NCBI GenBank assembly: GCA_965207975.1
Contig: OZ242315.1
Span: 4,106,449 to 4,170,448 of the forward strand
DNA from: Candidatus Poribacteria bacterium
GTDB taxonomy: Bacteria; Poribacteria; WGA-4E; PCPOR2b
Direction: 5' to 3'
Length of the DNA stretch: 64,000 nt
Shown: positions 51,524-59,877 of the stretch, one piece after another
How positions within the stretch are numbered: position 1 is the first letter of the stretch
Layout of the letters: every line of letters begins with the position of its first letter
Notes under the pieces: generated by a model
Told to the model about the DNA's origin: nothing
The model's input: only the letters and a program-made list of their open reading frames with translations
Database searches by the model: none
Program-made: the position numbers and the translations under genes

Positions 51524-52714
51524 CTATTCAAACGGATAAGATGGGAGTGGTTGCGTTACAGGTTTATCAACCCGATCGCCGAGCGCGTACCCTGCTTGAA
51601 GTAACTGGTGAATTTCCTGCGTTCCCTCATAGATCAACGCCCCACGTGCATTGCGGAAGTAACGTTCTACAGGGTATTCGTCGCTGTAGCCGTGTGCCCC
51701 GTGGATCTGTATCGCATCGTCCGCGGCTTGGAAGGCGTTCTGACAGTTTGTCCACTTAGCGAGGCTTACCTCGCGTGTGCAGCGCATTCCCTGATTCTTC
51801 ATCCATCCGACCTGATAGTAGAGCAGCCTTCCGATATCGCGCCCTGCGACCATGTTGGCGATTTTTTGCTGCACAAGCTGATGTTTACCGATGGGTTGAC
51901 CGAAGGTTTCACGTTTCTTGGCGTAAGCCACGCTTGCCTCAAGACACGCTTCTATCAGACCAACTGCACCTGACGCGACTGTGTAGCGTCCGTTGTCCAA
52001 CGCACTCATCGCAATCTTGAAGCCATCGCCTTCCGCGCCAACGCGATTTTCGGCGGGCACGTGCACGTTTTGCAGGGTGATGCTACCCACGTTGCCGATG
52101 CGACCCCCTAGTTTGTGGTGGATGCTGGAAGTGGTTACGCCATCAAAGCCGCGCTCAACGATGAATGCAGAGATGCCACGATGTTTTGCCTCATGATCTG
52201 TATAGGCAAAAATAAGGAAATGGTCGGCGATATCGGCGCAACCGATCCACATCTTCTCACCGCTGAGGATGTAAGTATCGCCATCGTGCCGCGCGGTCGT
52301 GCTAATTCCAGCGACATCGCTACCCGCACCGGGCTCGGTCAGTCCAAACGCGCCCAATTTCTCGCCACACGCCTGTGGGACAAGATACCCCTGTTTCTGC
52401 GCTTCGTTTCCCCACTGAAACAACGCCAGCGAGTTAAGCCCAAGGTGGACAGCGATCAGCACCCGGAACGCGCTATCGGCACGCTCTAGCTCTTCGGAGA
52501 CGATGCCGAGGCTCAAGTAATCGAAGCCTAATCCGCTGTATCGCCGGGGAATGCAAACCCCTAGCAGACCCGCTGCCCCCATCTTCCGTATAACCTCGCG
52601 CGGAAGTTGCGCGGCACGATCCCAGTCGCGGAGGTGTGGCACAAGTTCACGCTGACAGAACTTTCGTGCGGTCTCACGGATAGCATCGTGGTCTGCGGTC
52701 AATGTGAAATCCAT
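51524..52714 (-). CDS. Acyl-CoA dehydrogenase
   Basis: 396 aa with ACAD N-terminal, middle and C-terminal domain motifs (GLTEPGAGSD, YEGTQEI). Confidence 0.8.
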   Translation of the reverse strand: MDFTLTADHDAIRETARKFCQRELVPHLRDWDRAAQLPREVIRKMGAAGLLGVCIPRRYSGLGFDYLSLGIVSEELERADSAFRVLIAVHLGLNSLALFQWGNEAQKQGYLVPQACGEKLGAFGLTEPGAGSDVAGISTTARHDGDTYILSGEKMWIGCADIADHFLIFAYTDHEAKHRGISAFIVERGFDGVTTSSIHHKLGGRIGNVGSITLQNVHVPAENRVGAEGDGFKIAMSALDNGRYTVASGAVGLIEACLEASVAYAKKRETFGQPIGKHQLVQQKIANMVAGRDIGRLLYYQVGWMKNQGMRCTREVSLAKWTNCQNAFQAADDAIQIHGAHGYSDEYPVERYFRNARGALIYEGTQEIHQLLQAGYALGDRVDKPVTQPLPSYPFE

Positions 52715-52975
52715 AATGTGTTGCTCCCAGAAAAAGATTTATTTTGGATCGGTTATGGGTTACAATATACCAGATTTTGACCTTTGGGTAAACTTAAAAA
52801 AACGCTCCCTTTAGAAGCATTTGGTTCTACTGTAGGAGGGATCTCCGAATCTTTCGATTATCGGGATTCTTGATGAAATCGGAACTGACACCTCACTTCC
52901 GTCGAAAACTATTTCAAGCACTTTGTGAAAAATGATAATTAAAAGGAGAGGCTCATATAAAAAGAAAGTGCAAGT

Positions 52976-53035
52976 CCCGATTCATCGAGGGTTCTCGTCC
53001 CGATACATCGGGATTCCGCCCCCGATGTTATCGGG
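52976..53035. repeat. Tandem array of three CCCGAT-N3/4-ATCGGG mini-hairpins (unit about 23 bp)
   Basis: cccgattcatcgaggg (52976), cccgatacatcggg (52999), cccgatgttatcggg (53021), in the 425-bp intergenic region upstream of a Gfo/Idh/MocA gene. Confidence 0.6.
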
Positions 53036-53064
53036 ATGTTCCATTTACGGAACGAGTGGAACAT

Positions 53065-53107
53065 GAAGAGAAACCGAGTTTTGAAGAAAAAACTCGGTTT
53101 CTTTGCA
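53065..53107. repeat. REP/MITE-like palindromic element copy 3 (inverted orientation)
   Basis: gaagagaaaccgagttttgaagaaaaaactcggtttctttgcac. This copy is the reason the ORF-track start at 53036 is spurious. Confidence 0.7.
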
Positions 53108-53140
53108 CTAAATCTTAACATGAGCGAAAGGAGAGATAAA

Positions 53141-54193
53141 ATGACAATTGGGTTAGGAGTTATTGGAATGAACCCCACCAATATGGGGTCAACTGCAACG
53201 TTGCTCAAGGATGTGCCCGATCTCAAGTACGAACTCCGGGGGATGTGTGCCAAAAGGGCGGATGTGTTAGAGAATTATGCGACGGAGATTGGGGTGGGAT
53301 TTTGGACAACTGACTATCAGGAGTTGGTTTCTCGTGATGATATTGATGTGGTGGCGGTCTATTCGCCCGATCACCTTCATGCTGAACATTGTGCCGCTGC
53401 AATTGAAGCCGGGAAGCATGTTATCTGCACGAAACCGATGGTGACCAATCTTGAAGACGCGAAACGACTGGTCGGATTGGTACGGGAAAAAGGGGTCAAG
53501 TTTCTGGTCGGTCAAACGATGCGCTTTGATCTACAATTCCAGACGATGCGCCGCTTTTTTGATGACGGTGAACTGGGGGAAATCATGGCAGCAGACGCTT
53601 ACTACGTCCATGATATGCGCCCTGTATATGATTTCACCCCCTGGCGGTTGCACGAGCCACAGGATCTGATGTATGGCGGTGTGGTGCATCCTGTCGATAT
53701 TTTACGGAGCTTTTTGGGCGATGTTGAAGAGGTGCACGCCTACGGCGCGAAAGGAAAACTCACCCCCGAATATCCGATAAAGAACAATTTCTTCCTGAAC
53801 CTGAAATTTGCCGGTGGACAGATTGCGCGAGCGATGGGGTTGTATGACATCGTCCATCCGCCTATGCCGATGATGCAGGTTTCGATTTACGGCACAGGCG
53901 GCACGATGATCGGGGATTTTACGGACAACAAAGGCGGACAGGTCAAGCTAGTTTTGGACAAGTTGGCAGCGAAAGAGCCGTTGGAGATGACATGCCCGGC
54001 TGAAGTTGATACGAGCGTTTACGGGCACGGTCAGACTGTCATCCGTTATATGCGACATTTTCAGGAGTGTATCGAAGAAGATCTGGAGCCGTCCCCGAAT
54101 GCGGTTGATGGGGCAAAATCGGTCGCTGTCGGTGTTGCGGCGTGGGAGTCGATTGAAACAGGGCAGCCGGTGAAGGTGTTCAACGATTTTTAG
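53141..54193 (+). CDS. Gfo/Idh/MocA family oxidoreductase
   Basis: Start reassigned to the ATG at 53141 (MTIGLGVIGMNP..), which has an RBS aaggagag. Upstream ORF sequence is a repeat element. Confidence 0.75.
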   Translation: MTIGLGVIGMNPTNMGSTATLLKDVPDLKYELRGMCAKRADVLENYATEIGVGFWTTDYQELVSRDDIDVVAVYSPDHLHAEHCAAAIEAGKHVICTKPMVTNLEDAKRLVGLVREKGVKFLVGQTMRFDLQFQTMRRFFDDGELGEIMAADAYYVHDMRPVYDFTPWRLHEPQDLMYGGVVHPVDILRSFLGDVEEVHAYGAKGKLTPEYPIKNNFFLNLKFAGGQIARAMGLYDIVHPPMPMMQVSIYGTGGTMIGDFTDNKGGQVKLVLDKLAAKEPLEMTCPAEVDTSVYGHGQTVIRYMRHFQECIEEDLEPSPNAVDGAKSVAVGVAAWESIETGQPVKVFNDF

Positions 54194-54353
54194 CTATCAT
54201 AGGGCTTACGCACCAGTATCTCAATCGGCGCGTTGTCCGTTCCGAGACCGGGTTGGACGGAAGGAAAAGGAAGGATGGGGGACTTTCCGTTTTTCCATTC
54301 TTCCCGTCTTCCAATCGCCCCGGCAAAGGAAGGAATTTTGCGTAAATCCTATA

Positions 54354-55118
54354 TCAGTGGATCCCCATCGCCTTGAGATTTCTCAGGCTGATTCCTAGAC
54401 TCTCAAATGGATCGCGTTGGCAGGTATCCTGCTCGACGATATACCACTCCACACCGGCTTCTTTACAGGCATCAAGGATTGCGTCCCAATTCAGATTTCC
54501 TTCGCCGACCTCTGCAAACAGTTGGGTGCGATCATCCATCGCCATATCTTTTAGGTGAATGATATCGGCACGCCCTTTCAGCTTTCGGATCCACGCCGCC
54601 GGATCGCCTCCCCCGTGTTGGATCCAGTATGTGTCGAGTTCGCTGTTGAAATATTGTGGATCGCTATCCTCGTACAAGATTTCCAATCCGGTGCGCCCGT
54701 TGAATCTCTCCAGTTCAAAACTGTGGTTGTGGTAGGAGAAAGTCAATCCGCCCTCCGCTAGTCGTTTGGCAACTTCGGAGGCCTCTTTGGCGAATCGTGC
54801 GTAGCCTTCGGCGTTGCGATACTCTTGGGGCAAGCCGCCGATTGCCGCATGTTTGCAGCCCCAGAGGTGATGCTCGTCGATGACCGCTTGCGGTTCGTCG
54901 CGCATACGATCGTAGTCTGTATGGGTGGCGCAGATTGTTAAGCCTTCGCCATCGACAATCCTTTTCAATTCGTGTGCGTCAATCTCACCGAGTGCTGAAC
55001 ATTGCACAGCGTCGTAACCGAGTTGCTTGACCTTCTTCATTGTTGTGGTAATCTCGGCTGGGGTGTTGGTGAAATTGCGGACCGTATACAGTTGTGCCGC
55101 CAATTGTGATGCTGCCAT
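54354..55118 (-). CDS. Sugar phosphate isomerase/epimerase (xylose isomerase-like TIM barrel)
   Basis: Start reassigned to Met66 of the listed ORF (MAASQLAAQLYTVRNF..), preceded by AGGAGG 8 nt upstream. TIM-barrel motifs follow downstream. Confidence 0.7.
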   Translation of the reverse strand: MAASQLAAQLYTVRNFTNTPAEITTTMKKVKQLGYDAVQCSALGEIDAHELKRIVDGEGLTICATHTDYDRMRDEPQAVIDEHHLWGCKHAAIGGLPQEYRNAEGYARFAKEASEVAKRLAEGGLTFSYHNHSFELERFNGRTGLEILYEDSDPQYFNSELDTYWIQHGGGDPAAWIRKLKGRADIIHLKDMAMDDRTQLFAEVGEGNLNWDAILDACKEAGVEWYIVEQDTCQRDPFESLGISLRNLKAMGIH

Positions 55119-55267
55119 AAATGTATTCCTCCTGAAATGGTTATATTGGTAGGACTTACGCAGTTGAAGGCTCAAAGTCTCCATATTGAGAGTCTCCGAC
55201 TTGTGTGTGTGAGGGGCATCTCCCGCAAGTTCCGATTCCATCGGAATGCCCGGAACGGCACGAGGAT

Positions 55268-55311
55268 CCCGATAAATCGGGACCTGCCCCGATACGCCCG
55301 ATAAATCGGGC
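55268..55311. repeat. Two copies of CCCGATAAATCGGG mini-hairpin flanking CCCCGATACG
   Basis: Read directly at 55268-55281 and 55298-55311. Same family as the 52976-53035 and 34424-34438 copies. Confidence 0.6.
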
Positions 55312-55327
55312 AACTACAGTAAAGTCT

Positions 55328-55394
55328 CAGGTTTGTAGTAGGGCGATTTATCGCCCGTTCGGACGCGCAATGAATTGCGCTACTACAAACTCAG
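55328..55394. ncRNA. About 67-nt multi-stem structured element (candidate ncRNA or complex repeat)
   Basis: Outer 14-15-bp stem ctcaggtttgtagtag / ctactacaaactcag encloses two perfect hairpins, GGCGAT-tt-ATCGCC and GCGCAAT-ga-ATTGCGC. Intergenic. Confidence 0.35.
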
Positions 55395-55624
55395 TGTGCA
55401 ACTCCTAATGGAGTTAAGGATGATATTTTAACACAAATTGTTAGGGCGTGTTGATATTTATGTGAATCATATCAGTGATTCAAGCCCCAATATCGCTTAA
55501 CATCAAGGCATGGGCACACAGGTACACAGCACGCATCGGATTTAGAGCAAGCGGGACACAAAAAAAGGGGGTATCCTTAGAAATCCAAAGATACACCCCT
55601 ATTCTGATTCGATTGAGATTGTCG

Positions 55625-56143
55625 CTACGGTGCTTCCCACCTGATGATACCCACCTGATTGTGAACGGTCACACGATTGGCAACTTCATCGGCGTATAAC
55701 TGCACAGCATTGGCAGCCTCCGGGTTGTAGACGGTTACGCGATTGGTGACTTTACCCGCAGATAAACGAACCCCATCTTTTCCAAACGGATTGCGGACGA
55801 TGACACGATTTGCTAGTTCACTCGTGCGTAACAGCACCGCAGGCTCTCCTGATTTATCAGCGACAGCGAGGTTGTTTCCTATTTCATCAGCGACTAAGAG
55901 AACTGCCGGCGTGCCCTGAGGATTGTGGATAACAATCCCATTGCCCAAAGTCTCATCGGTACGTAAGACAATCGCGGGCTCTCCCGACATATTGACCACC
56001 GTTAGCCCGGTACATTGAATCTCACCGAGAACGTCCCCCTTTTGTGCAATCAGCGGCGGACAAAGGGTTGCACCGACTCCAATCCCAATCAGCATAATAA
56101 CCGCGCCTAATGCGATGTAGAAACACTTCTGTTTCTGATTCAT
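55625..56143 (-). CDS. Hypothetical membrane-anchored protein with about six 22-23-aa tandem repeats (gene 4 of the unknown operon)
   Basis: An N-terminal TM helix, then repeats of the type NRVTVxNPxGxxAVxLxADEVA. 4-bp overlap with the upstream gene. Confidence 0.5.
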   Translation of the reverse strand: MNQKQKCFYIALGAVIMLIGIGVGATLCPPLIAQKGDVLGEIQCTGLTVVNMSGEPAIVLRTDETLGNGIVIHNPQGTPAVLLVADEIGNNLAVADKSGEPAVLLRTSELANRVIVRNPFGKDGVRLSAGKVTNRVTVYNPEAANAVQLYADEVANRVTVHNQVGIIRWEAP

Positions 56144-56373
56144 TCCGTGTCTCCCCGGTCAATGGCTTGGGCTTTATGCTCACGCTCCCACCGTTCCATC
56201 GCCTCTTTTAGACGTTTCAGATTCTCTTCACACGGTGAACACTCCTCCTCCGTTTCCAACTCAACCTGTTGGGGAGCAGGGACACCGGGCAACTGGTCTG
56301 TTGCATACGCAATGAACAACCCTACAATCACCAAAACACAGAATAATCCCCACGTTATCATAAACACTTTCAT
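56140..56373 (-). CDS. Hypothetical small membrane protein with CxxC (CSPCEEN) and a C-terminal charged helix (gene 3)
   Basis: 77 aa, TM helix residues 5-25. 4-bp overlaps on both sides. Confidence 0.45.
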   Translation of the reverse strand: MKVFMITWGLFCVLVIVGLFIAYATDQLPGVPAPQQVELETEEECSPCEENLKRLKEAMERWEREHKAQAIDRGDTE

Positions 56374-56858
56374 TGAGAAATCTCCTCCTCCGATTTATCG
56401 GAGTCCTCGGAACGGGATCTGTTTCGGTGCTGTTCTATCTGCTTTGCAACCTCTGGGTCGTTTTCTCTGAGACGGCGGAGCCCTTCTTCGGGACCGTACC
56501 GCTCCAAAGTATTCATTGCCCGCTCGAACCGCTCTGATGAAAACTGTAATTTCAGGGAAGCTTCCAGATTGCTTTGAATCTCTCCCAGTTTGTCAGGACT
56601 TGGCGCAGTAGGTATATCAGGCGGTTGAGGTGTCAACGAGCTTTCGATTTCTGCCCGAATCTCTGCATTAGTCATTGGAGCACTTTCCGATGTGTCAAGC
56701 GTAGTAGGCATTTCCGTTTCGCTGTGAGACGCTGAGGGGCTTTCCATGACAGACGACATATCCCACGAAGGGACAGCAGGCTGTGATTCGGGCACATCGC
56801 CTCCCGCTTTCTCTGCTGCTACAACAATGCTTGCCGCGTTTCGCTGCACATCAGCCAT
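56370..56858 (-). CDS. Hypothetical acidic, Pro/Ser/Glu-rich protein with a C-terminal helical region (gene 2)
   Basis: 162 aa with a low-complexity N-terminal half. Immediately adjacent to gene 1. Confidence 0.45.
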   Translation of the reverse strand: MADVQRNAASIVVAAEKAGGDVPESQPAVPSWDMSSVMESPSASHSETEMPTTLDTSESAPMTNAEIRAEIESSLTPQPPDIPTAPSPDKLGEIQSNLEASLKLQFSSERFERAMNTLERYGPEEGLRRLRENDPEVAKQIEQHRNRSRSEDSDKSEEEISQ

Positions 56859-57566
56859 TCAGACAAGTGCGGGGTTGCTTTCCATGCCTGGCCACTCTGG
56901 TCTACGGTAACCAGCAAAGTCTTCGTCGAACTGCCCTAGGAACCAGGCATAATTCCGATCATTTTTGAGTCCGAATTCACTGAACACTTTGCCACGTTGA
57001 TCTGCTGCTGCTATCGGGTCCTCAAGATTGACCCGTTCAGCGGAGAGAAACAACTTCGCTATCTTTAGACGCATCTCGGGCTCATAATCCTCCGGTTCCC
57101 CGGTGGGAAAGTATTTACGGAAGACCTGGTCCCATATGGTTCGATCTAACGAAATCCCTTTCGATTCAAAAAAGTCAAACCATTTTCCGTAATCGAGCCC
57201 TGTTTTCCGAGATTCTTTTAAATGTTCGATGTACTCTGGCGAATCCATAGCCTCAAGGATTTTTTGCTGCACTGGTGTTGTGGGTTCACCATATATGGCC
57301 ATTGCATTACTTTTTGCGCGCCGTGCGACCCTTTCCTCGAAAGGCAGCAGCTCTGTCTCCTGATCTCCGTCGAAATTTTGAGAAGGTTGCGGGAGGTTCT
57401 GCTTTCCGGCAGTTATTCCATCGTTGGAGGAAGCGGACTTCTCATAAGTCAGAAGGGCTCTGACCTTATGTTCCCGGAGAAAAAACCACACCGACACGCA
57501 AACGGCTATCCCTATCAAAAACGCGCTACCCACAAGCACCACTTTTCTGATTCGTTCGATTTTCAT
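56859..57566 (-). CDS. Hypothetical N-terminally membrane-anchored protein (gene 1 of the four-gene operon)
   Basis: 235 aa with one N-terminal TM helix (VVLVGSAFLIGIAVCVSVWFFL). No known domain recognised. Confidence 0.45.
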   Translation of the reverse strand: MKIERIRKVVLVGSAFLIGIAVCVSVWFFLREHKVRALLTYEKSASSNDGITAGKQNLPQPSQNFDGDQETELLPFEERVARRAKSNAMAIYGEPTTPVQQKILEAMDSPEYIEHLKESRKTGLDYGKWFDFFESKGISLDRTIWDQVFRKYFPTGEPEDYEPEMRLKIAKLFLSAERVNLEDPIAAADQRGKVFSEFGLKNDRNYAWFLGQFDEDFAGYRRPEWPGMESNPALV

Positions 57567-57636
57567 TAATTTTTACCTTTCGATTTGAAGGTAGCCCCCG
57601 GCTTCCCCTAAAAAAACGCAGGTTGCTAGTAGCATA

Positions 57637-57737
57637 GAAAAACCGAGTTTTTCGCGCTTATATCGTCTGATTTGGGGAAAATGGGTTGGATTTTCCCTTA
57701 AATTGTGTATCTTCTATGTAAAAAACTCGGTTTCTCC
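57637..57737. repeat. REP/MITE-like element copy 5, whose two palindrome arms are separated by a 66-bp insertion containing its own hairpin (GGGAAAAT-N7-ATTTTCCC)
   Basis: Left arm agaaaaaccgagttttt (57637-57653), right arm aaaaaactcggtttctcc (57720-57737). Confidence 0.55.
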
Positions 57738-57901
57738 AAGTTACTTTGTAGTTTCCTGTGAGATCAGTCAATCGGTTTTAATGCGTGTTCTGCTGGGGCC
57801 CTGAATGCGTAAGGATTGGGTTTCCCAACCCGTCGGGCTTCGGAACCAAGCCCCTACGATTTTGGAGGAGTTATGACGTAATACGGCATAACTCCCTAAA
57901 A

Positions 57902-59626
57902 TTAGTTGCAAGATGTGTTTGCATATCCAAAAAATTCCGTGATACGTCGCTTGAAAAGCAGCGTCAACACAAGCTGAATCAGTCCCAAAGCGGTCATTAC
58001 AAATACGATGAGGATAATCGAGAGCGCAGCCGCTTGCGAGAAGTCGCTGTTCTCAACGAAGCCGAGGATTGCCACAGTGATCAGATTCCACCGCCCGGAG
58101 ACAACAAAGATCACCGCACTGATGGCGGTCATACAGCGGACGAAACTGTAAGCGAGTCCAGCGAAAAACGCCGGCGCAATCAGCGGCAACAGGATCCGTC
58201 GAAATGTGGTCAGGCTGCCTGCGCCCAAATTGGTTGAAGCCTCCTCCAGCGAGGAGTCTATCTGGTCTAACGAAGCAGCGGCAGCACGGATTCCGACAGG
58301 CATGTTGCGGAAGATAAATAGCAGCACGATGATAGCCGCTGTCCCTCTCAACATAAGCGGTGGTTGGTTAAAAGCGAGGATATAGCCGATGCCGACCACC
58401 GTCCCCGGCACGGCAAAACTCAACATAGAGGTCACATCCATTAACCCGCGCCCCACAAACTGCTTCCGCTTGACCAGAAACGCAATGACCATTCCTAGCA
58501 CCCCTGTCAACGGTGTGGCAATCGCTGCGAGCAGGAGGGAGTCTACGATGTAATCGGCTCCTAGGCGAAAGGCTTCCACATAGTTGTTCAGCGTCAGCGA
58601 ATAATTGACACCCCATAGCGTAGTGAACGATCCAACTACCACCAACCCGTAAAAAAGAAGGACACATCCTACCGTTCCCCAGCAGATAGCCATCAGCGGA
58701 TACTGTACCCGTTTATCAGCCGTTTGCACCCCTGCTCCTGATGCCCGTCCTGTCAGTGCGACGAAGCTGCGTTGGCGTAGGAGATAGTGCTGTAAGAAAT
58801 AGACAGCAAGTGAGGGCAGTAGGAGTGCCATCGCCAGTGTTGCCCCACCGGGGAGGTTGTCATTGCCGGTGATTTGGAGATACGCCTGCACGGAAAGGAC
58901 GTTGAACCGGCCCGCCAAGATAAGCGGATTGCCGAAATCTGCCATTGACTCGATGAACAGCAGCAGCATCGCATTTACAATCCCCGGCAACGAAAGCGGG
59001 ACTGTAACAGTTCGGAAGACCTTCCACCGAGATGCACCGAGATTTGATGCCGCTTCCTCCAATGCTGGATCAATGGACGATAGCACACCGACCAACACCA
59101 GATAGGCGGTGGGGAAGTAGGCGAGTGTCTCAACAATAACTAGCCCGGTCAGACCGTAGATGTCGAAACCTGCTGCGTAGAGATCTATGCCGAGTCCTTC
59201 GAGGAGGAGTTTCCGGGTGATTATGCCGTTTCGACCAAACAGGAGGATCGCGGAGAGCGCGATAACGAAGGGCGGGGAGATAATCGGCAGGAGTGTGCTA
59301 GCTTGGAGGAGTCTTTTGAACCGCATATCCGTCTTTGTGACGGCGTATGCACAGGCGAATCCGACGGTTGTGCCGAGCAACGCGACGCAGATGCCCAAGA
59401 CGATACTGTTGTAGAACGGCTGCCGATTGTAGGATTTGGCGAACAGTTCCCAGACATACTTGAGCGTGAATGTTGAACCATCTTTCGCGATGAAACAGGT
59501 CTTGAACACCTGAAACAGCGGAAACACCACGAACAGGAGGAGCAGCACGCTGATGAGAATAACGGCTATGAGGACGGAGGGTTCACGCCAAAAGTGGTTC
59601 CAATTGATGAGAGATTTTCGTGGCAT
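57902..59626 (-). CDS. ABC transporter permease with two fused transmembrane domains (iron(III)/FbpB-like)
   Basis: 574 aa, about 12 TM helices, and two EAA-like permease motifs. Confidence 0.7.
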   Translation of the reverse strand: MPRKSLINWNHFWREPSVLIAVILISVLLLLFVVFPLFQVFKTCFIAKDGSTFTLKYVWELFAKSYNRQPFYNSIVLGICVALLGTTVGFACAYAVTKTDMRFKRLLQASTLLPIISPPFVIALSAILLFGRNGIITRKLLLEGLGIDLYAAGFDIYGLTGLVIVETLAYFPTAYLVLVGVLSSIDPALEEAASNLGASRWKVFRTVTVPLSLPGIVNAMLLLFIESMADFGNPLILAGRFNVLSVQAYLQITGNDNLPGGATLAMALLLPSLAVYFLQHYLLRQRSFVALTGRASGAGVQTADKRVQYPLMAICWGTVGCVLLFYGLVVVGSFTTLWGVNYSLTLNNYVEAFRLGADYIVDSLLLAAIATPLTGVLGMVIAFLVKRKQFVGRGLMDVTSMLSFAVPGTVVGIGYILAFNQPPLMLRGTAAIIVLLFIFRNMPVGIRAAAASLDQIDSSLEEASTNLGAGSLTTFRRILLPLIAPAFFAGLAYSFVRCMTAISAVIFVVSGRWNLITVAILGFVENSDFSQAAALSIILIVFVMTALGLIQLVLTLLFKRRITEFFGYANTSCN

Positions 59627-59729
59627 CGGAAAAAAGGAAGCTACACCATTGCCAATCAGTTGTCATCCAACCCGCAGTCCCGTTAGATCCGGAATTGAGA
59701 TCAAAAGGCGAAAATAAAAAGGCTCATGT

Positions 59730-59787
59730 GAAGAAATCGTGCAACAGAAACCGAGTTTTCAAGAAAAAACTCGGTTTCTCTTCATGC
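59730..59787. repeat. REP/MITE-like palindromic element copy 4
   Basis: gaagaaatcgtgcaacagaaaccgagttttcaagaaaaaactcggtttctcttcatg, intergenic. Confidence 0.7.
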
Positions 59788-59877
59788 TTTGCACTCTCTT
59801 TTTATATGAGGCAATAAAAAAAGCAGGGAATGGTCTTCCCTGCTTTTTTGCTGATTCATGCGACAAGATATTGCCAC

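Noticed and set aside
53036-53140. Listed N-terminal extension of the Gfo/Idh/MocA ORF (MFHLRNEWNMKRNRVLKKKLGFF..)
   Set aside because: This stretch translates the REP-like repeat element and the mini-hairpin array. A strong RBS precedes the internal ATG at 53141, so the extension is not coding.
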